This document shows positions 38,680 to 48,058 of a stretch of 64,000 nt of DNA, piece after piece. The notes under the pieces are model-generated. The model saw only the letters and a program-made list of their open reading frames with translations, made no database searches and had not been told where the DNA came from. The DNA is taken from the NCBI GenBank assembly GCA_018304425.1, contig JAGVWE010000005.1:1-64000 (forward strand), given 5' to 3'. This stretch comes from Candidatus Iainarchaeum sp. Its GTDB lineage: Archaea > Iainarchaeota > Iainarchaeia > Iainarchaeales > UBA10219. The stretch's first letter is position 1. The number at the start of each line of letters is the position of its first letter. Made by a program: the position numbers and the translations under genes.

Positions 38680-39231
38680 ATGGCCATGCGATTAAAAGAA
38701 TTTGAACACGGGGCCCTGGCCTATGCCGCAGGGCACGCATCCATCAATTGTATGGACACAACAATAAAAAACCTATCGGCTGCCGGGGAAGGCCTTGCCT
38801 CCTTTGTCCAACTTATTGCGCTTAAGCCCTTGGCCTCGGAAAGCCAGCTTTTGCAGGCAGCTGACCAAACAATTAACGCTTTCCTGGACAAAAGCAACTT
38901 TGTTAACCAGCCTGGGTTAGAATTCCTGCTCCGGGTCTCGGGCCGCAAGCAATTGGCTGCTGCCCTCGACCTCCTGCAAGTTCGGGAGGGCTTCAACGAC
39001 TGCGTGCTCATGGCCTGTGCTGCAGGAGGCCCGAACGCAGCCAAGCGCGCCTTCCAGGCAGCCTGCAAGAGCCTGTCCTTCGTCGAAGAACCCGGGCTGC
39101 TCGCCGAAAGCGCCCGGAGAAACCAGGCCTTCCTGCTCCAGGCCTATGGCCTCAACAAGGACGCGCTGAAAGTCGCCTCGCTTGAGCAGCTCGTCAATGA
39201 GAAGATTGCGTTGGTGTCGCTCGAGAGCTGA
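38680..39231 (+). CDS. cgi121: KEOPS complex subunit Cgi121-like
   Basis: EFLLRVSGRKQL..AL and C-terminal EKIAL motifs. Confidence 0.7.
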   Translation: MAMRLKEFEHGALAYAAGHASINCMDTTIKNLSAAGEGLASFVQLIALKPLASESQLLQAADQTINAFLDKSNFVNQPGLEFLLRVSGRKQLAAALDLLQVREGFNDCVLMACAAGGPNAAKRAFQAACKSLSFVEEPGLLAESARRNQAFLLQAYGLNKDALKVASLEQLVNEKIALVSLES

Positions 39232-39300
39232 CTTAAGACCTATTCTTACTTGTAAGAAACGCTTAAATAGTTGTTTGAGCACATATGGTTAGGTGATGTG

Positions 39301-39549
39301 ATGGCAACCATCGTTGAGACCACGAAGATGTCCACCAAGGGACAGATAATCATCCCGAAGCAAACCAGGCGCTTCACGGACTCGAGCACGGAAACAGTTT
39401 TTACCGTGGTGCCGCTCGACCGGGACACGATTATCCTCCGGAAGGTCGACCCGCACAAAGTGGTCGCCGAATTTCAGAAAATCAGACGTCAAATAAAGGA
39501 CAAACTTTCCGAGGCCGAAATAAATGAAATCGTCCACCGTGCCCGGTAA
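39301..39549 (+). CDS. AbrB/MazE/SpoVT-family antitoxin
   Basis: TKMSTKGQIIIPK..R; overlaps PIN gene. Confidence 0.85.
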   Translation: MATIVETTKMSTKGQIIIPKQTRRFTDSSTETVFTVVPLDRDTIILRKVDPHKVVAEFQKIRRQIKDKLSEAEINEIVHRAR

Positions 39550-39982
39550 GCCACACGTCGTATTTGACACCAATGTCCTGGTCTCGACCCTCCTCGGCAA
39601 ACAGGGGCACTCGGCCAAATTGTTCGAACAGTTTCTTCTGGGGAAGATCGCATGCTTCACGTCCACTGAAATGCTGGACGAACTCGAGGGTGTGCTGGGA
39701 CGCGAGGAAATAACCAGTCGAACGGACAAGGTAGCACGAACTTTTCTGTTGATGCAATACCGGCGGTTGACCGTGCTCGTCAAGCCAAAGACGGCAATAA
39801 AACGCGTAAAAGAAGACCCGACGGACGACAAGTTCCTGGAGTGCGCAGTCGAAGCCGATGCCCGTTACCTAGTGAGTGGCGACAAGCACTTGACAAGCCT
39901 GAAAAAGTACAAGCACATCCAAATCTTGACCCCGGCAGAAGCAGAAAAAAAACTCTGGCCCCTATTTTGGCCAAAGAATTAA
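39524..39982 (+). CDS. PIN-domain (VapC-like) toxin
   Basis: VVFDTNVLVS, DPTDDKFLECA, LVSGDKHL. Confidence 0.9.
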   Translation: MKSSTVPGKPHVVFDTNVLVSTLLGKQGHSAKLFEQFLLGKIACFTSTEMLDELEGVLGREEITSRTDKVARTFLLMQYRRLTVLVKPKTAIKRVKEDPTDDKFLECAVEADARYLVSGDKHLTSLKKYKHIQILTPAEAEKKLWPLFWPKN

Positions 39983-40007
39983 TAAGTGGCAAAGCATTGG
40001 TTCTTGC

Positions 40008-40658
40008 ATGTCGGGCCCCGCTCAATCAAACAGGGGAAGCGAAAGACGAAGTGCTCGCCGAAGCGAGCGCCGGATTCGGCGACTCGAGGCCTTTCGTGCC
40101 TTGGCTGGGCAAGTCGATGTCCTCTGGCGGCGGCAGTTGGCTGCGATTGAACCGCTCACGAAATTCGCCGTGCGACAGGCCCTGCGGTTGCCCTTTGAAT
40201 TCGAGTACAAGGAGCGAACCAAAGCGGACCGTAACCATATCCGGGCCACGAGCGCTAACATGGCGGGTTTCATTTTGATGGAAGCCTGCACCGGAATTAG
40301 CGACCCGAGAAAGCGCCAAGCAGTCAAGTCTATAATGCGGAAGTTGCCCGCTGAAATCCGCGACCTGTCTCCGGACGCCCTGGAAGAACGGGTGCGCCAA
40401 ATGGGGGGAATGGAAACAGTCGAAGACCTGTATCAAGCCTACAGAAAACTGGCTAAAAAGTACCGCTTTATTCAACGCATGCCAGAGTGCCAGCGGGTAG
40501 TAAGTCATGTCCTGGATATCTGGGCGCAGAATGGAAAATTAACCCCTGCGGAGGCAGCCACTGCACACAGCAGGATGTCGAACATTTATCATGTGCTCTA
40601 TAACGGCTTACGGGACGCCGCCCACTGCCTTAATCGCATGCGCGACGCCCCAGGGTAG
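40008..40658 (+). CDS. Orphan Arg-rich helical protein
   Basis: 216-aa ORF filling the gap; basic N-terminus; no recognisable motif. Confidence 0.55.
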   Translation: MSGPAQSNRGSERRSARRSERRIRRLEAFRALAGQVDVLWRRQLAAIEPLTKFAVRQALRLPFEFEYKERTKADRNHIRATSANMAGFILMEACTGISDPRKRQAVKSIMRKLPAEIRDLSPDALEERVRQMGGMETVEDLYQAYRKLAKKYRFIQRMPECQRVVSHVLDIWAQNGKLTPAEAATAHSRMSNIYHVLYNGLRDAAHCLNRMRDAPG

Positions 40659-40666
40659 ACGAACGG

Positions 40667-42958
40667 TTATTCGTTTGGCCCCGTCCACTTCGCCGTCAGC
40701 ACGGCGCGGATGGCCTTCGCTTTTTTCGGCCCCATCTTCTCGACTTCCTGCAATTCTCCGTCGGAGGCCTGCACCAGTTTTTCAATCGAGCCGAACTTCT
40801 TGAGCAGGGCACGCGCCATGGAGGGGCCCACCAGGGGCAAACTCTCCATGATGAACAACTGTTGTTCGGGCAAGGTCAAGCCCTTTCGTCCCACGCGCAA
40901 GCGGATGTCCCTTCCTTCGTTGAGCTGCTCGCGCTTGGCGGTTACATACAAGAAGTCCGCGGTTTCTTCCGCGTTGCGCGTGAACAAGACCGGCAACCGG
41001 TAATGCAAGGCGATGGTGGTCAACGCGCCCACGACCGCGTTCTTGTGGATGTTCCGGGAACTGTAAAGGTCTTCCGGCTTGCCCTCGATGAGGAGTAAGG
41101 GCATCTCGTAGTTCGAGGACATCTTGAGGCACTGGTCGAACAGCCGGCCATCCAACATGCTGTTCAGGAAGTCTTCGACGGTCTTGCGCTCGACGACGAT
41201 TTGGTCGGTCAAGACGTAGTCTCCCACTTCCAGCTGCTGGACTTTAATCAAGGCGTTCTTGGCTGCCAGTTCTTCGAGGACGCTGGACTGCTGTTCGCGG
41301 GTGTCAACGTAAATCAAGACCTTTTCATGGACTTCCTGGGTGTACGGCAGGAGGGTGGCTTGCCGGTCCAGGGCGGCATCCGGCAAAGCCGCGGCCTGTT
41401 CGCCGAAGTCGTTGCGGAGCTTGTGCAGGGTTTTCTGCATGCGCCGCTCCTTGTGCACGCTCACCCAGTAAAACGTTTCATCGCGCGTGCCCTTCGCCAG
41501 CAGGATGACCACCTTCCCGGTGGCAAACCGGCCGGTGCGCCCGCGCCGCTGAATGGTTCGAATCTCGGAGGGCACGCTCTCATAGAACACCACCAAGTCC
41601 ACGGCGGGAATGTCAAGGCCTTCCTCGGCCACGGACGTTGCAACCAGCACATTAAAGGCCCCGGCCTTGAATTCCTGGATGGCCCGGGTCTGCTCCTTCT
41701 GCGTCATGCCCTTGTCCTTCTCGCCTTTCGTGGCCTGGCCGACGAAGCGCAGGGGCCGCAGGCCCTCCCGCTTGCCCAGCTCTTCCACCAATTTCTTCGC
41801 CGAGTCCCGGTAGTGGTTGAAGACAATGGCCCGGCTTTCCGGGTTTTCCCTGAACTGCTTTTCCAGGATTTCCACGAGCTTCGCGAGTTTGGGGTGGGTG
41901 ACGTTCTGCTGGTGCAGTTTTTCCGTCAAGGCCCGCGCCGCTTGAATGCTGTCATGCTTCCAGGTGAACCCCAGGGCCTTGGAGGCGCTGGACTTGCCAA
42001 GCCCGTCCTCCATGCGCCCAAAGTAATCGTGCAACGAGGAAATGCCCTGCGTCTCCAAAAGCGTGTGCGCGTGGCTGACCTTCAACAACGCGGCCAGGCG
42101 GGAGGCCGCCGCGTACACCAGGGGGTTGTTCTTGGCCTTGGAACCGATGTCCCGGCGGATAAGCGCCTGGAGCTCCAGCAGCTGCCTTTTGCCGTAATAA
42201 CTGGAGTTAATAGTCTTGGCGTAGCCGCACTTTTTCAGGAACAGCAGCTGTTCCTTGAGGAACACCTCCAAGTGCTTCTTGATTTCCAGGAACTCCTTGG
42301 GCAATTCGACGAGTTCCCATTTGACGTTGATTTCCTTCGTGTAGGGCTGTACATCCAGGTCCTTCGCGGTCTTGACCTCGATGTTCTGGATGAACAGGTT
42401 CTTGCACACGTCCTGGATTTTTGCCTCGTCGCTGCCGGGAGAGGCAGTCAACGCGAGAATCAAGGGAGACCTGCATTGCCGCAGGTAGTGCTGCGCGATG
42501 AAGACATACGTGTAGTCCTTGACGCTTCGATGGGCTTCGTCGAAAATCAGCAAGCCCACGCCTTCGAGGGAAATCCGGCCGGTGACCAAGTCGTTTTCAA
42601 TGGTCTGGGGCGTGGCGCTGATAAGGGTCGCGTTCCGCCAGATTTCCTCGCGTTCCTTGGGCGGCACCGAACCGGTCAACAACCCGATTTTTTCTTCGGC
42701 CACGTTCATGAACTTCTTGAACGAGGCCTCGTGCTGGACGGCGAGTGGTTTCGTGGGGGCCAGGAAAACGATTTTCTTTTCCGGCTGCTTGGACAGCACG
42801 TGCGCGCTCACCAAGGCCGCGACCACCGTCTTTCCCAACGCGGTGGGGGCAACGACCAGGGTGTTGCCTTTGTCGGCCACGCGCGCGGCCAGCACTTCCT
42901 GGTATAGGCGGGTCTCCATTGTCTCAGGCTTGATTAAGGCATGCTGCACGAATCCCAT
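40667..42958 (-). CDS. hef: Hef helicase/nuclease (FANCM-like SF2 helicase plus ERCC4 nuclease)
   Basis: PTALGKT, DEAH, QRRGRTGR, GDY...ERK..D ERCC4 motif, C-terminal HhH. Confidence 0.93.
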   Translation of the reverse strand: MGFVQHALIKPETMETRLYQEVLAARVADKGNTLVVAPTALGKTVVAALVSAHVLSKQPEKKIVFLAPTKPLAVQHEASFKKFMNVAEEKIGLLTGSVPPKEREEIWRNATLISATPQTIENDLVTGRISLEGVGLLIFDEAHRSVKDYTYVFIAQHYLRQCRSPLILALTASPGSDEAKIQDVCKNLFIQNIEVKTAKDLDVQPYTKEINVKWELVELPKEFLEIKKHLEVFLKEQLLFLKKCGYAKTINSSYYGKRQLLELQALIRRDIGSKAKNNPLVYAAASRLAALLKVSHAHTLLETQGISSLHDYFGRMEDGLGKSSASKALGFTWKHDSIQAARALTEKLHQQNVTHPKLAKLVEILEKQFRENPESRAIVFNHYRDSAKKLVEELGKREGLRPLRFVGQATKGEKDKGMTQKEQTRAIQEFKAGAFNVLVATSVAEEGLDIPAVDLVVFYESVPSEIRTIQRRGRTGRFATGKVVILLAKGTRDETFYWVSVHKERRMQKTLHKLRNDFGEQAAALPDAALDRQATLLPYTQEVHEKVLIYVDTREQQSSVLEELAAKNALIKVQQLEVGDYVLTDQIVVERKTVEDFLNSMLDGRLFDQCLKMSSNYEMPLLLIEGKPEDLYSSRNIHKNAVVGALTTIALHYRLPVLFTRNAEETADFLYVTAKREQLNEGRDIRLRVGRKGLTLPEQQLFIMESLPLVGPSMARALLKKFGSIEKLVQASDGELQEVEKMGPKKAKAIRAVLTAKWTGPNE

Positions 42959-43125
42959 GGGCTTCCCACACACCCTAGGCGGTAAACGGATTTAAATCCT
43001 TGGAGACCTCATTTCCGGTGCGAATCCGTCCGTTAAAGTGGTTTTACGCCCGGAAAAGCCTTTTTGCGGCGTTTTTCGGCTTAAAACCAGCTAATTTTAT
43101 ATATTTGTTGGCGTACAGTAGTTTC

Positions 43126-43344
43126 ATGGCTGAACGCATCCTTCCCTTGGCCGCCGTGGACCGCATCATCCGCAAGGCGGGCGCAGGCCGGGTCAGCGAG
43201 GACGCCGTCGAAGCCCTCGCCGAGTTGTTGGAAGAAATCGGCGTCAAAATCTCGCAACAGGCCGCGGAATTCTCCAAGCACGCAAACCGCAAGACGGTCA
43301 CCGCCGCGGACATCAAGCTGGCCAACAAGAACCCGCTTCCCTAA
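43126..43344 (+). CDS. Archaeal histone (HMf family)
   Basis: [22 protein letters not shown]...HANRKTV..ADI. Confidence 0.95.
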   Translation: MAERILPLAAVDRIIRKAGAGRVSEDAVEALAELLEEIGVKISQQAAEFSKHANRKTVTAADIKLANKNPLP

Positions 43345-43350
43345 ACGGGA

Positions 43351-43947
43351 CTAGCAGACGAATCGTTGCGTTTTCAGCCACTTTTCGAGCGCGTCCACGC
43401 AGGCCTCGAACACTTGTTTCTCGTTTAGCTTGTCCGTGTCCAGCACCAGGCTGAAGGGCTTCAAGTCCTTTCCGAGTTCGAAGCCGTAGATTTTCCGGTA
43501 AATGGTCGCGGTCTTCTCGTCGCGCTCCGCGAGCTTGGCCTGGACTTCCTTTTCGTCCAGTTTGTCGCGGCCAGCCACTCTCTTGGCCCGCACGTCCAGC
43601 GAGGTCTTCAACCACACCTTGAACGCGTTCCCCTTGAACAGCCAGGGCATGGTCCAGGAGTCGAGTACGACGTCGCCGGCTTTGGCAATCCTCAGCAACT
43701 CGGCGTCGAGGGCCTGGTCCATGGAGGAGTCCTTCAAGCGCCGCTCCAAATAGGCCTTGCCTTCCCTGCTCTCCCACCAACCGGTGTTGGCCTTGGCTTC
43801 GTCTGCCTTGAGTTCGGAGGCCGTCCGCTCCTGGAGCTGGCGCAGCAACCCCGAGGCGTGCACGCACTTCAAGCCCTGCTTTTTGGCCAGCCGCTCGGCC
43901 AACGTGGACTTACCGCTGCCCGCAAAACCGGAAACGATGACGATCAT
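43351..43947 (-). CDS. cmk: Cytidylate kinase (archaeal type)
   Basis: VSGFAGSGKST, D..LD, R..R...RD, Y..IYG. Confidence 0.85.
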   Translation of the reverse strand: MIVIVSGFAGSGKSTLAERLAKKQGLKCVHASGLLRQLQERTASELKADEAKANTGWWESREGKAYLERRLKDSSMDQALDAELLRIAKAGDVVLDSWTMPWLFKGNAFKVWLKTSLDVRAKRVAGRDKLDEKEVQAKLAERDEKTATIYRKIYGFELGKDLKPFSLVLDTDKLNEKQVFEACVDALEKWLKTQRFVC

Positions 43948-44039
43948 CGAAATCGTCAGGATGTAGCGTCAAACCTGCTTAAATGCCTTTGGCGGGCAAA
44001 ACAGGAAGCTTTAATAACCCCCCAAGCAATAACTACTAT

Positions 44040-44366
44040 ATGGTTGAAACCACGGTAGGCGCCAAATCGAGAAAGTCCGGTCCTTGGCAGGCCGCCTTGA
44101 AGGAGGTTGGAAGAACCGTGGGCCCGTTTTTGGGGCTTGGTGCGCAGGCAGCAGTGATGCGGCGCAGGGCCATGGGAGAAGCGACTCCACGAAGTCGAAT
44201 TCCAAAGTCCATGGCAATGCCGCCCCTGGCAAAGGCTACACTCAACCGGGCAAAGGCCTTGGAACGCATTAGACTATTGGAGCGGAATGCTCGCCTGAAA
44301 AGGGCACGCCGCGAAGAAGCACGCCGCACAGGAAGGACGGGAGCAACCCGCAGCCGGGCTCGCTAG
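44040..44366 (+). CDS. Orphan Arg-rich protein
   Basis: TATA-like TTTAATA upstream; very basic ORF; no motif. Confidence 0.5.
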   Translation: MVETTVGAKSRKSGPWQAALKEVGRTVGPFLGLGAQAAVMRRRAMGEATPRSRIPKSMAMPPLAKATLNRAKALERIRLLERNARLKRARREEARRTGRTGATRSRAR

Positions 44367-44388
44367 GCGCTCGCTAGGCCTTCAGTTT

Positions 44389-45180
44389 TTAGGGAAACTT
44401 TTTCTGCTTGACGTCCTGCTTGTAGGCCTGCACGGCTTTCAGGATGTCTGCGCCCAGGTGCGCGTATTCCTTGGCAAAGCTCGGCGGCTTGCAGAAGCTG
44501 CTGGTGATGCCCAGCAAGTCGTGCAAGACCAGGACCTGACCGTCGCAGTCCTTTCCCGCGCCGATGCCAATGGTCGGGCACCTGATTGCTTCGGTAATCT
44601 TCTTCGCGGCCTCGGGCACCACTCCCTCCAACACCAGCGAGAAAATGCCGGCCTGGTCCAGCGCCTTCGCGTCTTCCACCATTTGCCGGACGCTGTCCTC
44701 GGTCTTGCCTTGGACCTTGTAACCGCCCATGGCATGCACGCTCTGCGGCTTCAACCCCAGGTGGCCTTGCACGGGGATGCCTGCGTTGAGAATCGCCTTT
44801 ATTTTGTCCACGTGCTCGCGCCCGCCCTCGAGTTTGACGGCGTGCATGCCGCCTTCTTTCACGAAGCGGCCGGCGTTGGTCACGGCCTGCTCGACGCTCG
44901 CTTGATAAGACATAAAGGGCAGGTCGCCAATCAACAGCGCCTGCTTGGCGCCCCGCGCCACGGCCTTGCAGTGGTGCAGCATTTCTTGCATGGTCACGGG
45001 CAGCGTGGACTCATAGCCTAGCACGACGTTGCCCAGGCTGTCGCCCACCAAAATCATCTCGATGCCGGCCTCGTCCACCAGCCGCGCGGTCGGGTAATCA
45101 TAAGCCGTGAGCATGGTCAAGGGTTCCTTGCCCTTGAGGGCCAAAACCCGGGGGGCGGTCATGCGGGAAACGGGGTTCAT
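44389..45180 (-). CDS. panB: 3-methyl-2-oxobutanoate hydroxymethyltransferase
   Basis: LTAYD, LVGDSLG, VKLEGG, GHLGL.PQ, GIGAG...DGQVLV. Confidence 0.97.
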   Translation of the reverse strand: MNPVSRMTAPRVLALKGKEPLTMLTAYDYPTARLVDEAGIEMILVGDSLGNVVLGYESTLPVTMQEMLHHCKAVARGAKQALLIGDLPFMSYQASVEQAVTNAGRFVKEGGMHAVKLEGGREHVDKIKAILNAGIPVQGHLGLKPQSVHAMGGYKVQGKTEDSVRQMVEDAKALDQAGIFSLVLEGVVPEAAKKITEAIRCPTIGIGAGKDCDGQVLVLHDLLGITSSFCKPPSFAKEYAHLGADILKAVQAYKQDVKQKKFP

Positions 45181-45260
45181 GCAAGGAATGGGCTGGGAGA
45201 GGGTTAAAAAGATACGGCTTTAGGAAAATTAATATAGTGGTTTAACGTTGATTAATCCAC

Positions 45261-45596
45261 ATGCTTCCACGGAGATTAAAGTATGTTCGAGGGGGGCCTA
45301 ACACGCGGCGAATGACTTGGCTTGGCACTGATTATAGTACGCTTCATAAAACGGCGATAGCGACTCGCCGCCAATTTAGAGTGAACCCGGGTGCGACTGG
45401 AACTGCGGACCATATTACAAGGCACGGCGCCGCGGCAAGCGCCGAAATCACCAGGGCCAGGAAATTCATTGAGTTGGCTGAAGCGCGTTTGAAGGCGCCT
45501 GGTGTGCCTGATGCTGAAAAAGACCGCTTGCGCGTCATGATCCGCGAGCATCGAATCGTAATTACAGACAATGAAGTGGAGTTGCGGAAGAAATAA
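45261..45596 (+). CDS. Orphan basic protein
   Basis: MLPRRLK start; AT-rich promoter region; lower-GC codons. Confidence 0.55.
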   Translation: MLPRRLKYVRGGPNTRRMTWLGTDYSTLHKTAIATRRQFRVNPGATGTADHITRHGAAASAEITRARKFIELAEARLKAPGVPDAEKDRLRVMIREHRIVITDNEVELRKK

Positions 45597-45619
45597 GCCG
45601 GGCAGCATTTTTTTGCTGG

Positions 45620-45823
45620 CTAACGCACCAATTCCATCATCTTCACGGCCCGCCCGTTCACGACCTTGAGCTTGCATTTGACGGCCTCCGAGCGTTGCAG
45701 GGCGCGGATGACGCCGTGCACCTTGCCCGGGCTCCACTTGAGTTCCTTCGCGGCCTGGTAGGCGGACAGGGGGCCTTTTTCTTGGAGGAGGAACATGAGC
45801 CTCCACTTGGGCATTTTTCGCAT
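45620..45823 (-). CDS. Small winged-HTH protein
   Basis: GPLSAYQAAKELKWSPGKVHGVIRAL helix-turn-helix plus beta wing; divergent from DUF3800 gene. Confidence 0.7.
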   Translation of the reverse strand: MRKMPKWRLMFLLQEKGPLSAYQAAKELKWSPGKVHGVIRALQRSEAVKCKLKVVNGRAVKMMELVR

Positions 45824-45926
45824 TTCTTTATAGATTCTGCGAGTTAGTTGAATTTGTGCGTTCAAATTTATCAAATACATTAAGCGATTAAGGGGTTAAA
45901 AACGCTTTGTTATGCTGTTATAGTAA

Positions 45927-46649
45927 ATGGATTACCTTTATCTTGACGAAAGCAATGTGCCTCGGTTGGACGTGATTAATCCCTCATCGCCTTATTTTAT
46001 AATGGGCGGCTGTATTGCGTCAGAATCCGATTATGGTGAAATTTGCCAGGCCTTGGAAGCGTTTATCCATAAGGAATTTCCGGAAATTCGGGGCTTGGCT
46101 GGGTTCAGGCTCCATGCATCCTACATGTATAATGCACGGGACGTATTCTCTGGCATGAACGCGGCAGAACTCCGCGGAAAAGTCACGCGATTTTATCGCC
46201 TGATTAATGGCTTGCCAATTCAATTAGTGGCAACCGCAATTCACAAGGAAAAACTGGTGGCAAAATACCCGTTGCCGCAAGACCCATACAATTTGGCGTT
46301 TCTGTACACGTGTGAGCGATTCCAGAGGCATTTAGCGGAACGTACGAAAACTGTTGGCCAGCCAGTTCTCGAATCACGTGGGCCAGGCTTGGATAAACTT
46401 TATCGTAGCAAGCTGGAAAGCTTTTTGTCAATGGGAACCAAGTGGACTTCGTTGCCGCTTGTCGCCAAACCTGAATTCAAGACCTGTATTGAGAGGCCGC
46501 CGTTGCAGGTGGCTGATTTTGTTTGTTACGCCATCCACAAGTCATTAAACAAGAGTGAGCCGCAACTCTTCAATTCAATTAAATCAAAATTCAGACAAAA
46601 CCAACGAGGCGTGATAGACGGATTCGGTCTGATTATATATCCAAAATAA
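45927..46649 (+). CDS. DUF3800-family protein (RNase H-like fold)
   Basis: N-terminal YLYLDES, F.MGG, LHAS, LQVADFVCYA motif; markedly more AT-rich than flanking genes. Confidence 0.8.
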   Translation: MDYLYLDESNVPRLDVINPSSPYFIMGGCIASESDYGEICQALEAFIHKEFPEIRGLAGFRLHASYMYNARDVFSGMNAAELRGKVTRFYRLINGLPIQLVATAIHKEKLVAKYPLPQDPYNLAFLYTCERFQRHLAERTKTVGQPVLESRGPGLDKLYRSKLESFLSMGTKWTSLPLVAKPEFKTCIERPPLQVADFVCYAIHKSLNKSEPQLFNSIKSKFRQNQRGVIDGFGLIIYPK

Positions 46650-46704
46650 GCAGTAGAGCGGCGGTTTCGCCTAGAGAAGGTTTCCGCCACCCAGGGTTGC
46701 CCCC
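46650..46704 (-). ncRNA. Candidate structured small RNA convergent with the DUF3800 gene
   Basis: Minus strand GGG-GCAA-CCC hairpin followed by 9-bp stem GGGUGGCGG/CCGCCGCUC enclosing CCU-UCUCU-AGG; TTAAATA box about 25 nt upstream. Confidence 0.6.
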
Positions 46705-46783
46705 AATATAACATGTTTCTATCCAATATTTAATGCTTGCGTCGGGATTGCCCTATAAAGTTCGCCTATATAGGAAACTAACT

Positions 46784-47089
46784 ATGTCTAACTCCTTTGC
46801 TGAAAAAGTCTACGTCGCCATGCGCCGTATCCCCCGCGGCAAGGTAACTACCTACAAGGCACTCGCCAAAGCGGTCGGCCACCCCAAGGCGGCCCGCGCG
46901 GTGGGCAACGCGTGCAACCGTAACCCGGACGCGCCGCGCACCCCCTGCCACCGCGTGATTGCCTCAGATGGTAGCCTGGGCGGCTACGCGCACGGGTTGA
47001 AGAAGAAGGTTGCCCTGCTCAAGCGCGAGGGCGTCATCGTTTCCCGCGGAAAAATTGATTTAAAGGAGTTCGGTTATTGGTTTAAGTGA
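46784..47089 (+). CDS. ogt: O6-alkylguanine DNA alkyltransferase (MGMT family, short form)
   Basis: IPRGKVTTY, ARAVG, PCHRV active site. Confidence 0.9.
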   Translation: MSNSFAEKVYVAMRRIPRGKVTTYKALAKAVGHPKAARAVGNACNRNPDAPRTPCHRVIASDGSLGGYAHGLKKKVALLKREGVIVSRGKIDLKEFGYWFK

Positions 47090-48015
47090 ATCCCATGCAG
47101 GAAGCCAAGTTCATCTGGATGGATGGCAAGTTCGTCAAGTGGAAGGACGCGAAAGTCCACGTCCTCACGCATGCCCTCCAATATGGCACGGCCGTCTTCG
47201 AGGGCATCCGCTGCTACAAGACGGACAAGGGCCCGGCCATTTTCAAGTTGCACGACCACCTGACCCGGCTAAAGGATTCGGCGCATATCCTGGGGTTTGG
47301 CTTCCCGCATTCCGTTGACGAACTCAAGAAGGTCGTGGTCAAGCTCGTGGCCAAGAACGGCTTGAAAGAATGTTACATCCGGCCCCTGGTCTACCTGCCC
47401 TACGGCAAGATGGGCCTCAACATTGTGGGCATGAAACCCAAGACCATGGTGGCCGCGTTTCCCTGGGATGCCTACCTTGGAAAAACCGGCGAAGAAAAGG
47501 GCATCCGCGCCAAGGTCTCCTCGTTCCTGCGCCCCCAGGTGGACAGCACCATGAACGACGCGAAGACCGCCGGCAACTACGTGAATAGTGTATTGGCCAA
47601 GCAGGAGGCCGTGCAGTCGGGCTTTGACGAAGCCATCATGTTGGACGCCAACGGCTATGTCGCGGAAGCCAGCGCGGAAAACATTTTCATCTTCCGCCAT
47701 GGCTCGCTGTGGACTCCTCCGACCTCGATTGCCTTGGAGGGCATGACGCGCAAAACGGTTTTCGACCTGGTCAACGCCGGCATCGTCAACGCCTTCATCA
47801 AGGAAGAGGTCTTCACCCGCGACGACGTCTACTCGGCGGACGAATGCTTTTTGACGGGCACGGCCGCGGAGATAACGCCCGTCGTCGAAGTCGACAACCG
47901 CAAAATCGGCTCCGGCAAGCCCGGCAACTACACCAAGCAACTCCAGCAGGCCTACCGGGATGTCACGCACGGCAAGGTCAAGCAGTTCCTGGACTGGCTG
48001 ACGTTCGTCAAATAG
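47086..48015 (+). CDS. ilvE: Branched-chain amino acid aminotransferase
   Basis: YGTAVFEGIR, YIRP, AK..GNY, GTAAEITPV. Confidence 0.95.
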   Translation: MNPMQEAKFIWMDGKFVKWKDAKVHVLTHALQYGTAVFEGIRCYKTDKGPAIFKLHDHLTRLKDSAHILGFGFPHSVDELKKVVVKLVAKNGLKECYIRPLVYLPYGKMGLNIVGMKPKTMVAAFPWDAYLGKTGEEKGIRAKVSSFLRPQVDSTMNDAKTAGNYVNSVLAKQEAVQSGFDEAIMLDANGYVAEASAENIFIFRHGSLWTPPTSIALEGMTRKTVFDLVNAGIVNAFIKEEVFTRDDVYSADECFLTGTAAEITPVVEVDNRKIGSGKPGNYTKQLQQAYRDVTHGKVKQFLDWLTFVK

Positions 48016-48058
48016 CGGCCCTCAAGGATTTAAAATCCCTTTCCGACCCAGTTCTGTC

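Noticed and set aside
44358-44380. 11-nt tandem duplication GCTCGCTAGGC
   Set aside because: Only two copies at a stop codon; probably local slippage
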